A DNA stretch of 63,752 nt, filler included, from Octopus bimaculoides (taxonomy: Eukaryota): NCBI RefSeq assembly GCF_001194135.2. It is 5 parts of 4 records of this genome, joined end to end, with 100 filler letters (N's around TTAATTAATTAA, not from the genome) between each part and the next. Parts side by side here need not be neighbours in the genome. Positions count along the whole stretch, not along the records: positions 8,813 to 24,235 come from NC_068985.1; positions 24,336 to 52,536 come from NC_068987.1; 3 more parts are not named here. The stretch is one strand, 5' to 3'. A program made the translations under genes and the position numbers. Of this stretch, positions 12,337 to 25,190 are shown piece after piece (the first letter of the stretch is position 1; each line of letters starts with the position of its first letter). The notes under the pieces were generated by a model that searched no databases, was not told where the DNA came from, and saw nothing but the letters and a program-made list of their open reading frames with translations.

Positions 12337-12590
12337 TGGCGATTTAATAATGGGTTTTGGCAGTTATTTCAAGCAGGTAGACATACTTAGTATGTCCTTT
12401 GATTAATTATATATACATACATACATACATACATACATATACACAACAGGCTTCTTTCAGTTTCCGTCTACCAAATCAACTTGGTCGGCCCAGGGCTATA
12501 GTAGAAGACACTTGCCTAAGGCACCATGCAGTGAACCTCGAGCCATGTAGTTGGTAAGCAAGCTACTTACCACTCAGCCACCCCTGCACC
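12070..12590 (-). mobile_element. tRNA-derived SINE family B with an internal (TA)/(CA) microsatellite
   Basis: Head GGGTGGCTGAGTGGTAAGTAGCTTGCTTACC, body GGTAGACGGAAACTGAAAGAAGCC, microsatellite, tail CAGCATGGCCACAG..GACTGAAACAAGT. Other copies at about 38625-39010(+), 50770-51135(-), 53195-53520(+), 54150-54425(-), 55790-56125(+), 56285-56500(-), 57125-57545(+), 60500-60700(-), 61200-61560(-) and 62770-63125(-). Confidence 0.85.
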
Positions 12591-12599
12591 TTATTATTG

Positions 12600-13000
12600 G
12601 TTTCAAATTTTGGCACAAAGCCAGCAATCCAAGGGACGGGGCAAGTCAATTACATCAACCCCCAATCCTCAATTAGTACTTGTCTTATTGATCCCAAAAG
12701 GATGAAAGGAAGAAGATGACTTTGGTGGAATTTGAACTCAGAACGTCAAGACAGATGAAATGCTGCTAAGCATTTTAACCAGTGTGCTAACAGTTCTGCC
12801 AGCTCACCGCCAATGATGATGATGATAACAATGGTTTTAAATTTCGGCACATGGCTAGTAAGTAAGGGAAAAGGGGTAAGTTAATTACAGTGACCCCAGT
12901 GTTCAACTGGTACTTAATTTATTGACCCCAAAAATAATGAAAAGCAAAGTCAACTTTGTCGGGATTTGAACTCACGATGTGAAGACAGATGAAATGCCTT
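12600..13000 (-). mobile_element. Two SINE family A copies
   Basis: Same motifs as 9940-10620. Confidence 0.8.
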
Positions 13001-13279
13001 CAAAATAATATTAACACCCAGATTAACAAAAACACACACAAACACATGTAGGGAGAGAAAGGGATGGTTGGCTGGTTAGAGAAAGGGATGGCTGGCTGGC
13101 TGGTTAGATGGTTGGCTGGCTGGATGGACAGTCGGCTAGACATAAGGAGATGGCGTGAGCTGGAGAAGGTCTAATGTCTTGACACAAGGAAAAATGTCTT
13201 TGAACCAAATATCCTTAAGAGACGTGAAAACAAAAGGGGATGGAAAAAGAGTGAGAGAAGAGAGAAAAGGAAAGAATAA

Positions 13280-13438
13280 TTATACACATACATGCATGTA
13301 TACATATACAAATACCTACATATACATCTATATACATACATACATACATATACATGTACACATACACGCCTGTATACATATATACATACATACATATAAA
13401 TACACACACATACACACACACATAAAGGATATACACAC

Positions 13439-13491
<53 letters not shown>

Positions 13492-13540
13492 TACACGCAT
13501 ACAGTGTTCGGGTGCATATATATACATATATATATGCATG

Positions 13541-13585
<45 letters not shown>

Positions 13586-13668
13586 GTATATCTATATATA
13601 TGCATGAATATATACACATAAGTATGTATGTATATATGCATATATATGTATGTATATATACACACGTG

Positions 13669-13705
<37 letters not shown>
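13280..13705. repeat. Compound (TA)/(CA)/(GA) microsatellite
   Basis: Directly visible; gives YI/HT ORF artefacts. Confidence 0.95.
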
Positions 13706-13709
<4 letters not shown>

Positions 13710-14010
13710 AAGGATAGAAAGAAAAAGGGAAACATATAACAACAGTAAAAAGAAAAAAAAAACAACCAAGGAAGAAACAAAAAAAACAAATACAACTCAA
13801 AGCAGAACCAAAACTATTCTAGAAAGTGAGACAATTATAGCAATTGAGTATTGATCAGTTTCCATGGCAACATGGGCAGAAGTGGAGGGAGAGGAAGAGG
13901 AAGAAGAAGAAGAAGAACAACAACAAGCATAATTAGATGACTATGTATTGCCACCAGTTCATAATAGTTACTATATAAACTACTGGACCAAACCAGTGAT
14001 GTACGTACAT

Positions 14011-14050
<40 letters not shown>

Positions 14051-14214
14051 TATAAACTGGAACTACAGGAATGGGGACGGAGGAGGAGGAGTGGGGGTTA
14101 ATGGTGGAGGGTGGGAGGTGGGGCTGGGGACTAAGTTGCTGGGGATGGGGCACTAGTCAGGGGACAGACATCTGGGAAGCTTATTATTATTATGGTAATT
14201 ATGATTGCTCAAAC

Positions 14215-14220
14215 AACTAA

Positions 14221-14258
<38 letters not shown>

Positions 14259-14960
14259 GTAGTAGTAGTAGTAGTAGCAGCAGTAGCAGCAGCAGTTTTT
14301 CCTCTCTCAAACACTGGAAATGTTTTAAGACAGAGTGGTACATGGTGCCAACATTTTGATGTAGGCACATCAAATGATGTTGGATGCAGTAGTGGTGGTG
14401 GTGGCAGTGTTAGGTAATGGTGGTGGTTGTGACGGTAGTGGTGGTGGGTTTTGTGCTGATGTTGGTAATAGTAGTAGTGGTATTAGTAACGATGGTGATG
14501 GTAGTAGTGGTGGTGGTAGTAATAGTAGCAGTGGTGGTGGAGGTGGAGATGGCGCAATGGTTTTACATTGAGACAATGAAGAAAGGAGACGTGCTAACGG
14601 TGACGCCAATAGTGATGCTGATGTGCTCACAGCTGTGATGATGATGGTGGTGGTGGGGGGGGGTGGCAGTGGTGATTGTGGTGGTAGTAGTAGAAGTAGT
14701 AATGATGATGATATTCTTGTAACGGTGATGTGCCAGTGGTTATAGTGGTGTTAGCAAAGTAGAAGTGGTGGTGGTGGCAGTAGTAGTAGTGGTGGTATGG
14801 TGGTGCTGCTGGTGGTAGTAGTAGTAGTAGAGGTAGTAGTAGTTATAGTAGTGGTGATGGTGATAGTAATAGTTGTGGTAGTACTAGTAGTAGTAGTAGT
14901 GGTGATGGTGGTGGAAGTTGTGGTGGTAGTAGCAGTTGTAGTAGTAATGGTGGTGGTGGT
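14215..14960. repeat. Imperfect trinucleotide mosaic (AAT/GTA/GTG/GAT)n
   Basis: About 750 bp of shifting triplet repeats. Confidence 0.9.
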
Positions 14961-15234
14961 ATTTTAGTCCACTAATATTGTTTTGGACAAGAAACTGTAA
15001 TACAGTGAAGTGACATACACACAATGGTAATACTGGTGGAATACAATTCCATATGTGCTTGATACCCAATCATCTTCATTATACATGAAGAGCAACAGAC
15101 CCAAGAACCAGTGGTACTGACTAAAGACGGAGAAATTAGTGCTTATAATTTCCCTTGTACGCTTTTTAACCCTTAGGAGACAACAGGGCTGATCTAACAG
15201 ACAGTTGTACGACGAAGATTCGTATTCTTTCCAA

Positions 15235-15650
15235 CTCTAAGCACAAGGCCCGAAATTTTGTGTGAGGGGACCAGTCAATTAGATCAATGCCACTGCGCAA
15301 CTGGTATTTAATTTATTGACCCCGAAAGGATGAAAGGCAAAGTTGACCTCAGCGGAATTTGGACTCAGAACATAAAGACAGACAAAATACCGCTAAGCAT
15401 TTCACCTGGTGTGCTAATGATTCTTATTTCTTTATTGCCCACAAGGGGCTAAACATAGAGGGGACAAACAAAGGGATTAAGTTGATTACATTGACCCCAG
15501 TGCATAACTGGTACTTAATTTATCGACCCCGAAAGGATGAAAGGAAAAATCGACCTCAGAGGAATTTGAACTCAGAACGTAACATCAGATGAAATACCGC
15601 AAAGCATTTCGCCCGGCATGCTAATGTTTCTGCCAGCTCGACGCCTCGAT
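15235..15650 (-). mobile_element. Dimeric SINE family A including the complete 3' tail
   Basis: Two tandem units joined through TTCTTATTTCTTTATTGCCCACAAGGGGCTAAACATAGAGGGGACAAAC (15421-15470). Confidence 0.85.
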
Positions 15651-17256
15651 GAAAATTTGTATTAGTTCATTCAATTTCCTACAAACTGTCCGATCCATAC
15701 CAGCACAGAAAACGGACATTAAATGATGATGATAATGGTGATGATGACGACAACAACAACAACAACGTCAAGATAAGGGGCATAAATATATACACATACT
15801 TACATGGAATTCTACCATCACCACTGCCACCATCATCATTTAACGTCCACTTTCTCATGCTAGCATGGGTCAGATGGAATTCTAAGAGGCAGATTTTCTA
15901 TGGTTTGATACCCTTTCAGTCAGCAACCCTTCCCTGTTTCCAGGTAAGGCAATACTTCCCCAAAGACCAGACACGTTTTGCAAGAAACACTCAACACCTT
16001 ATCTCCACCATCTTTATTTCTCTTTCCAGCCATGCACATCCACCCTTATATAATACAGGGTAGCCATGTAACACTTGTTCCTGTCCCTCTATCATACATT
16101 AGCATCTCAACACCTGGCATAAAGCCACCATCTCTCTTTCATACTCCCAGTTGAGGGGACTTTTCCTTCATCTTACAAGTTATTTGGTGACCTCACTAGT
16201 GCTGGTGCCACATAAAATGCACCCAGTACACTCTGTGAAGAGGTTGGTATTAGCATCCAGCTGTAGAAACCATGCCAAAGCGGACACTGGAGCTTGATGC
16301 AGTGCTCTGGTTTGATGGATGTTAAACAATCATAATGATGCTCTTACTGCTCATTCTGACTCTCCTAAAAGTGCGTGACCACGTTGCTCCACTACAAGAA
16401 ACAGTTTGCCACTCCCTCTTTCCATCTTCCCATATTCTACACCCTCATCTCCTTACATAAATGTTGCCTCCCAACTCTCTACCTGAGTTTTGTAGTCATG
16501 TAGGCTGCATGGCAACCTCATTAGTGCCAGTAGCACACATAAAATACACCTACCCAGTCCATACTTTAAAGTGTTTGGTGTTAGGGATGACATCCAACCA
16601 TAGAGACCATGTCAAAGCAGAGACTAGAGCTCAATGATATCCTTGGATGTATTGGATTCTATCAAACTGTCCAACCCTTGACACCATGGAACACGGACGT
16701 ACATTTTGATCGTTACAATACATTCACATACCTGTGTGCATGCACATATATAAATATATCAACATAAAGACATACATATATAGATACACATTTATATTTA
16801 TATAAGGGCATTACTACAGAATAATGCCACACTGCTGAATTTTATATAGATACACAGATAGGTCAAATATGAGGAGTGTGTTGCATTACATGAATAATAT
16901 TTTCAGAAGTCAAACATGCATAGCAATAAACAAACAAACAAAAAGACATACTAAATGCACTGGATGCACAGACAAACAGAAAACAAACAGGTCACAAATT
17001 CCTCATCAATTATTGGCCAGGGCATTCAGTGCAATCTGTGACCCATGTTTGTTTTCTGTTTGTTTGTGCATCTGGTGCATTTATTATGTCTTTCTGTCCG
17101 TTTGTTTATTACTATACATGTTTGACTTCTGAAAATAGATACGCATATAGTCGTCCAACCCATGCTAGCATGGAAAGTGGACGTTAAACGATGATATGTT
17201 CCAATGAATAAAGTTAGCCAAGGTTCTAGCCAAAGAAAGATGTATTGCTTGCTTAC

Positions 17257-17365
17257 CTTTCAACAAAGCTTTCAATTCCTTAGCAGCTCGTACCGTGGTG
17301 AACCGATTGACGATGTCAAGGGCTGTCTGATCATAGGAGTTAGATTGGTTGACATCGGCACCACA
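17257..17365 (-). CDS. CASKIN: CASKIN-like gene, exon after the last ankyrin repeat ([36 protein letters not shown])
   Basis: Acceptor tttctgtatccacag, donor G|gtaagc, 109 nt (phase 0 to 1). Peptide parallels human CASKIN1 [35 protein letters not shown] (recalled from memory, not searched). Confidence 0.88.
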
Positions 17366-17671
17366 CTGTGGATACAGAAAACAAAGTAATTATTCAGCAT
17401 TTGCTATAAGTATTCAATATTTAGTATCCATCAGTACATTAGTAGACTGTCTTACTGAATGGCAGAAATAACTAATAGAACAAGTACCATTCAACTAAAA
17501 CCCTTCAAGGTATTGCTCCAGTATGGCTGCAGTCAAATGACTGAAACAAGTAAAAAGACAAAAGATATACACACATGAATATGTACATAGAGAGATAGAG
17601 TGAGATACAGTGAGAGGAAAAATAGAGATATAGTGAGATGGAGAGAGAGTAAGAAAGAGAGAGGTACTCAC

Positions 17672-17780
17672 TTCAAGAAGTAGGCGAACAACATCGATTT
17701 TTCCAAAGAGTGCAGCAGCATGTAGACAAGTTCCCTGCAGGGTACAGCGGTTTATGTTAACACCATTTTGAATGAGAAGT
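17672..17780 (-). CDS. CASKIN: CASKIN-like gene, ankyrin-repeat exon (LLIQNGVNINRCTLQGTCLHAAALFGKIDVVRLLLE)
   Basis: Acceptor tcaatttcag, donor GAA|gtgagt, 109 nt (phase 2 to 0), in frame with the next exon. Ankyrin T.LH.AA..G...VV.LLL motif parallels [41 protein letters not shown]. Confidence 0.9.
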
Positions 17781-18941
17781 CTGAAATTGAAGAATACGAC
17801 AAGGAACATAAAGAGAGTGAATAGCAGACAACAGGTTTTGAGAACTGAAGGACTCAGAGATGTACATAAAGAACATGATTTGGCATATGATAATGAAAAT
17901 ATGAAAAGCAGGCCTTGGAGCAAGTAGGGAGTCATGAGTCACTGAAGAGGTTGCAAACAGCAACAGAAGAACTTTGATGGACAAACAACAAACCAAGTGA
18001 TTGGTCAACCAACATGTTAAACCAGTGATTCTCCACCATTTTTTAATCTATAGACTTCTTTGAGTCCTGCTTTATTCTGGTGGACTCCCACAGCCATTCA
18101 AAGTTTAAAAACCAATTTTGTAGATACTTCTTTCAAAATTCCTATCTAAACCCTGCTGTCTTTCCACATGGAATTTTCAGTCTTCCAAAGTCATCTTGCT
18201 ATATAAGTTGACCTCCCTTTTTTTTGGCAGTAAATTTTAGTCCAGAAAATTTGACTTTTATGCTGGAAAATGCAACAGTTACACTATTGTTTTCAGGTTT
18301 TAATCTGCATTTCATAAATTAATGGTTTCTATGCATTCGGCATGATAAAATTAAGATAAAGATCCAAATTGAGCCAAAGGGTCAATTTCCCAGTTTCCAA
18401 GGTGCATATATTTTTCCCTGGATGGAATGCCAATCCATCACAGGAATAATCATTTTTGCCAGGTGAGTGAATTGGAGTAACATGAAACGAAGTGTTTTAC
18501 TCAAGAATACAATGTGTCATCCGGTCCAAGAACTGAAAGCACAATCTTACAATCATGAGTTAAGAACCCTACCCATGAAGCCACATGCCTCCACTGCATT
18601 TGGTATGACTGTGGAGTACAAAAATTTACCATATTTTAACATATACAAAGAACCCTCTTATTTTTGGGGCTTAAAATTTGGAAAAAAGATTTTCTAAGGG
18701 ATTATAATACTATCCATGTATAAGAAACTCCCATATTCTTTTAACCTCATTTTTGACAAAAAAGGATTCCTTATACATGTTAAAATACAGTAATTCCCAG
18801 CCAGCTATATGGTTTTGGTTAGAGTTGGTCCCACTGCATGGCTTCTTGGGCAAGTGTTTTCTGCTATAGTTCTGTACTGACTAAGGCCTTGTGAGTGAAT
18901 TTGGGAGGTGGAAACTGAAAGAAGCCAACCATGCACATGTA

Positions 18942-18979
<38 letters not shown>

Positions 18980-19899
18980 TGTTGTGTGCCTATGTTTGTC
19001 AGTGTGAATGAGTTTGTATTTATATCATTTACACGTATTCACTAGCTAGTTGTAAACTAGTAGTGTTACAGATTTACAGTCCACTACAAAATCACATCTA
19101 GGTTTCTTGACATGTTGTGCACCCTCTGTAAACAAAAGGCTCGTTCATAAGGTGTCATTTGTTTCTAGTTCTCCATTTAAAGATGTCTGTATTGTTTGTT
19201 GTTCAATAGAGTGAGAGATTATTACCTCACTTAGAAACAAGTGAGCTCCGGTAACAGAGAATCTGACCACGGAAAGCTCTGCCCTAGCATACTCTCATCT
19301 GACCTGTACATGGTAAAGTAGACATTAAAACAAGGATAATGATGAAAAGATAATCACCATCTTGGTCATTTCTAACCCTTTAGCATTCAAATTATTCTGT
19401 CAAATGTGATGCTTATTTATTCACATTGTTGTGAATTAATCATACATTATCTTGTAGCTTTGTGATTTTGATGATATCATTGTTTAGTTTTTGAACGACA
19501 TTGTAGGATAAGTGTGAAAGGGCAGATGTGGTCAATTTGAATGGAAAACAGGTAGAATATTTTGGCCAGATAAAGCCAGATTAAACGCTAATGGGTTATG
19601 AGGTGGTGGCTACACCGTTTTATTGTTTATGAAAGTTGGATCATGTTGGCTTTTGGAACTGTGAGGATCATCTCGTTATCATTAAGGATGACTGACGACT
19701 TTTGTGGGGGGGGGGGCTTTGTTTAAAGTGATGAAGAGCTGTGGACCATCACCTTCACTCTTTCATCTGTGACCAGCTTCAATCCAGTCATGAGACCCAG
19801 TCAAGACAATTAGGGATGGAGACTGATGCAGTTGATAACCAAGATGTCTTATTTGCCTTGTCTTGCTCTCAGCATCTTACAATGTGCCACTGCTGTGTC

Positions 19900-20460
19900 C
19901 GTCTCCTCTGTTGAACCATGCTGGCATGGGTTGGACAGTTGGACAGGAGCTGGTCAGCCATGGTACTGTCAAGCCTCCAATTGTCTCTTGTGGCATGGTT
20001 TCTATGGCTGGATGCCTTTCCTAATGCCAACCCTTCCAGTGTGCTGGGTGCTTTTACATGTCAATGGCACAGGTGCATTTACACAACACTGGCACAAGTG
20101 CATTTTATGTGGCACCAGCACCTGTAAAGGGCAAGGCTGTATGTATGGATGACAGCAACTTTATTTAGCTTGATGCACCTTCTCAAGTACAGCAAATCGC
20201 CACAACTCCTGGTCCCTTGTCATTTCATCAATGTGGCCCAGCGTCTTCCTGGGTCTACCCCTTTCACAGGATCCCTCCACAATTAGAGCTTAGTAGTTCT
20301 TTATTCAGAGGTACCGAGTAACCCAAGTAGAAGGAAGCTGCAGAAGGCTAACACAACGGAAGACACGGGAGGAAGAAGTGAGGCTGAACCTCGGGCAGGG
20401 GAGATGACACCGAACTGTAACAACTGGTTAGAGGCTGTGCTGGGGAAGACTCACCTAACC
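19900..20460. mobile_element. Decayed RTE 3' fragments
   Basis: GGATGCCTTTCCTAATGCCAACC, GGGTCTACC and CCATGCCAGCATG motifs shared with the other RTE copies. Confidence 0.65.
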
Positions 20461-21169
20461 CATGCCAGCATGAAAAAATCGATATAAAACAAGGATTATT
20501 GAGAAGAGACACCAAAACTAATTTTAAGCAGAGAAATGTTTATAGATGAGACTGAAGGATGGAGGTGGGGAGTTCTTGCAGCTTGCAGACAAATCATATG
20601 AGGTTAGATCTTCTATTCCTATATAAAATATATATACACACAGAGATAAAAACATACACGATATATATATATATGCACAAGCACACACAGACACACACAC
20701 ATACATACATAGGTCAGCAAATCATTAGACATTATGGAGGATGTGTCCTATAAATATTTAAACTACCACAGTCAATTGATATTATATTATTGCAGCATGT
20801 GAAAATGTCATTGGTCAGNNNNNNNNNNNNNNNNNNNNNNNNNNNNNNNNNNNNNNNNNNNNNNNNNNNNNNNNNNNNNNNNNNNNNNNNNNNNNNNNNN
20901 NNNNNNNNNNNNNNNNNNNGGTCAAAGAAAGTTGTAATACAGAGACAGCAATGAGAGTAGATTGAGTGAAAGGTGGAGTGAGTGGTTCAAGTGAATGAGA
21001 GTCGAGTGAGAGATGGTGCAGTGAAGGTGAAGTGAGAGATGAGACGAGAAAAGGCAGAGTGTGGAAGACGAGTGATGTTGTAGTGAGGGACAAGCGATGG
21101 TGGAGTGAGTGACGAGTGATGGTGCAGTGGGGGGTACGAGTGAAGGCAGAGTGGGAGGGGATGAGCGAA

Positions 21170-21500
21170 GGTGGAGTGGGGAATGAGCAAATGTGGAGTG
21201 GAGAATGAGCAAAAGTGAAGTGGAGAATGAGCAGAAGTGGAGTGAAGAATGAGCAAAAGTGGAGTGGAGAATGAGCAGAAGTGGAGTGGAGAATGAGCAG
21301 AAGTGGAGCGGGGAATGAACAAAAGTGGAGTGGAGCAGAAGTGGAGTGGAGGATGAGCAGAAGTGGAGTGGAGAATGAGCAAAAGTAGAGCAGGGAATGA
21401 GCAAAAGTGGAGTGGAGAATGAGCAGAAGTGGAGTGGAGAATGTGCAGAAGTGGAGTGGAGAATGTGCAGAAGTGGAGTGGAGAATAAGCAAAAGTGGAG
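21170..21500 (+). repeat. 22-bp purine-rich minisatellite (GAGCAGAAGTGGAGTGGAGAAT)n in a ~700 bp purine tract
   Basis: More than ten visible units; the ORFs here (HSPLHFCSFST) are artefacts. Confidence 0.9.
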
Positions 21501-21849
21501 TGGAGAATAAACAAAAGGAGAGTGTAGGACAAGTGAAGGCAGAATGGAGGATAAAACAGTGGAATGGGAGGGGGGACAAGCAAAAGTGGAGTAGGGAGTG
21601 GCAAAGGATGAGTGAGGGATGAGTGAAGGATAATACAGCTAACCCTTTAGCATTCTGATTATTCTGTGAAATATAATGCTTATTTATTCACATTGTTTTG
21701 AATTAATCATGCATTATCTCATAACTGAGATTTTGATGGTGCTATGGTTTACTTTCAGAATAACATTGTGTGGTCGGTGTGAGATGCCAGTCCTGGCCAG
21801 TTTGAACATGAAACAGGTTGACTATTTGGGCCGCATATGACCGATTTAA

Positions 21850-22165
21850 ATCAGGTAGGCTGTATGACGCATGTGTGCGAACAGCCATGCTACATGGCAG
21901 TGAAACATGGGCTGTGACTGCTGAGGACATGCATAAGCTTGCAAGGAATGAAGCAGGTATGCTCCACTGGATGTGTAATGTCAGTGTGCATACACGACAG
22001 TGTGAGTGCCCTGAGAGAAAAGATGGACATAAGAAGCATTAGATGTGGTGCGCAAGAGAGACGACCGAGTTGGTTTGTTCATGTGTTGTGTATGGAAGAA
22101 GACAGCTGTGTGAAAAAGTGTCACACCCTAGCAGTAAAGGGAACCTGTGGAAGAGGTAGACCCAG
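21850..22165 (+). mobile_element. RTE ORF2 C-terminal fragment inserted into a MITE
   Basis: GRLYDACVRTAMLHGSETWAVTAEDM, identical in type to 24336 and 42600-43008. Confidence 0.9.
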
Positions 22166-22398
22166 NNNNNNNNNNNNNNNNNNNNNNNNNNNNNNNNNNN
22201 NNNNNNNNNNNNNNNNNNNNNNNNNNNNNNNNNNNNNNNNNNNNNNNNNNNNNNNNNNNNNNNNNNNNNNNNNNNNNNNNNNNNNNNNNNNNNNNNNNNN
22301 NNNNNNNNNNNNNNNNNNNNNNNNNNNNNNNNNNNNNNNNNNNNNNNNNNNNNNNNNNNNNNNNNNNNNNNNNNNNNNNNNNNNTATATATATATATG

Positions 22399-22430
<32 letters not shown>

Positions 22431-23599
22431 ACCTTTGGTAATAAATTATATATATATACACACAGATAGATAAATAGACAAACACACATATGGAGACAGA
22501 GAGAAAACTGCATATTTTAATGCCAAAATTATATGCTTTACTGATGACTGTTGTAAATACATCTGGTCAGGTGACAGAGCAAGACAAACAACCAGCTTGA
22601 AGTCCAAGGAATATTAGGTACATACATGGTCAGCTGACCTAGAATGAGGTGATGTGGAAGAGAATGAAGGATAGAAACTCTTAATCTCCCAAGTTTTCTA
22701 AAATTACGTTTTACTGTGTTTTAGGGGGAGCGAATTTACAGAAGAATTTTTTATGATGAAGTTGTTTTGACTTCACATTCCTTTGAAAGCCATAGACAAA
22801 TAAGATTTATCAGGGTGGCACTAAAAATAGTATATGATTGTATGGTTTGATTGTGTGTTTTTACAGAGGAAATTTTGTGAAGATATTTCATTTATAAACA
22901 TTAAATTTAATTAAATTGGATACATTATAAACACAAATCAAAGATAGAAAAAAAAACAATACGTGCAGAGACTGCCCAGGAATTTTATCAATGTGATGTT
23001 TTTGGCATTGTTAGAAGAATTTTATTAATTCAAAAATCACTAACAGGCTGTTTGTGTATATATAAACCTATTGCTGTTTATTTTTACATAAACAGAATCT
23101 CTTCACATAAACATCAGCTTGATCCATTCTAAGCACCACAAAGAAAATTTCCTTCTTCTAAACTTCATAGAATTCTCGGTTCCAAATCTGTTCAAATCCA
23201 ATGTCAACCTTCGTTCTCCTGTCAATATTCCTCTGATAAAGTTCAAATCATTCTGATGATGTTTGTCACATGGAACGAGATAAACGCAAGTTTACCTCAA
23301 AAATAACAAACTGAAATAGCTGTAAATGTTATTTCAAACTATAATTAAACTATGACCATTCAATATCAATGAACAACTTCTAATTGTTAATTGTTGCTCC
23401 ATTTCTCCTCTTATCTGAATATATTAAATCACGGTTTACCATTTAAATTACCAACTACTGCTAACCTTATGGCAAGGCCTATACATAGTTGGGTAATACA
23501 CCAGTAGTGCCTACAGATACATTTATCCCTGACAGTTGCATAACCTCTAACTCATAATTTTTCTATATATACATATCGCTAAAATCTACAAGTTTTTTC

Positions 23600-23760
23600 A
23601 TTGTCTCTCTGTATATTTTCTTTTATTCCTTTCTGTTGAAGAGCGTAGGCTCGAAACGTAAAAGACTTTTACATTTTTCCCAAGCGTAAAGCTAATACTC
23701 TTGCTTGTTGTTTACACACCTGTCTTCATCTTTTATCTTAAAGTAAACTTCAATTATATA
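23600..23760 (+). ncRNA. Stand-alone Penelope-type repeat with a minimal hammerhead (23628-23665)
   Basis: CCTTT-CTGTTGA-aGAGC gtag GCTC-GAAA-CG-TA/AAAGA; downstream AGCGT..CTAATAC..GTT..TTTACAC(A)CCTGTC is shared with 3610-3680. Confidence 0.8.
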
Positions 23761-23932
23761 CACACACACACATACACACAGGTGAGTACATAAGATGAAA
23801 ACAAGGTGGAAAAAATAGCATTCAAATACCAAAGGCAGAGTAATATACTTTTTATTAAAACTGCAAACTTATCATAAAACTGTTACTCAGAGTTTCACAT
23901 TCCCATTCATAGGACAGTTGTGATGAAAACTA

Positions 23933-23977
<45 letters not shown>

Positions 23978-24335
23978 CAATGTTAATTCTCTAAATGAAG
24001 TATTAACAGTAACTGCACGATAAAGTGTAGTATATTGCCACTTAAGTGTGGCTGACCCCTAGGGGTGGATGTTACTGTTGCTTTTAGCCCCAGGAGGACA
24101 TCTCCTCCAGCTGGCTTATCGACACACGACTGTGTCCTGTTTGCCAAGGGAGTTATCCCTCTCACCACGACCAGCAGCACGAACGTATCCGGATTTCAGG
24201 GTTATTTCCCTTCTTCGGCGTTCGACAGCTGATGANNNNNNNNNNNNNNNNNNNNNNNNNNNNNNNNNNNNNNNNNNNNTTAATTAATTAANNNNNNNNN
24301 NNNNNNNNNNNNNNNNNNNNNNNNNNNNNNNNNNN

Positions 24336-25105
24336 AAAGTTTAGAGAGCTCTTACCCCTGCTGGCGACAAAGGGACTCTCACTCAGAGTAAAAGGCAGAC
24401 TGTATGACGCATGTGTACGAACAGCCATGCTACATGGCAGTGAAACATGGGCTGTGGCTGCTGAGGACATGCGTAGGCTCGCAAGGAATGAAGCCAGTAT
24501 GCTCCGCTGGATGTGTAATGTCAGTGTGCATACCCGTCAGAGTGTAAGTATCTTGAGAGAAAAGCTGAACATAAGAAGCATCAGTTGTGGTGTGCAAGAG
24601 AGACGATTGCGCTGGTATGGACATGTGGTGAGAATGGATGAGGATAGCTGCGTGAAAAAGTTGAGGGAACCTGTGGTACAGGTAGGCCCAGGAAGACCTG
24701 GGCTGAGGTGGTGAGGCAAGACCTTCGAACATTGGGCCTCACCAAGGCGATGACTACTGACCGAGACCTTTGGAAATGTGCTGTGCATGAGAAGACCCGG
24801 CAAGCCAAGTGAGATCGTTGCCAGTGCCCCTGGACTGGCTCTTGTGCGGGTGGCACATAAAATACACCATTTTGAGCATGGCCGTTGCCAGTACCGCCTG
24901 ACTGGCCCTCATGCGGGTGACACGTGAAAGCACCCACTACACTCTCTGAGTGGTTGGCGTTAGGAAGGGCATCCAGCTGTAGAAACTCTGCCATATCAGA
25001 TTGGAGCCTGGTGTTGCCATCCGGTTTCACCAGTCCTCAGTCAAATCGTCCAACCCATGCTAGCATGGCAAGTGGATGTTAAACGATGATGATGATGATG
25101 ATGAT
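24336..25105 (+). mobile_element. RTE LINE 3' part (ORF2 end, 3'UTR, (GAT)n tail)
   Basis: ORF 24427-24714 MLHGSETW...RRLRWYGHVVRMDEDSCVKK; the tail matches the 9640 copy. Confidence 0.92.
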
Positions 25106-25190
25106 GAAATAAATGTTCAATAACAAAACATTGAAAATGTCCAGTACACAAAAGAACACCTGTCTGTCACAGGAAACACAATAGAGAATG

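Noticed and set aside
20960-21625. CRISPR-like array
   Set aside because: The units are contiguous with no unique spacers and the context is eukaryotic; it is a minisatellite.
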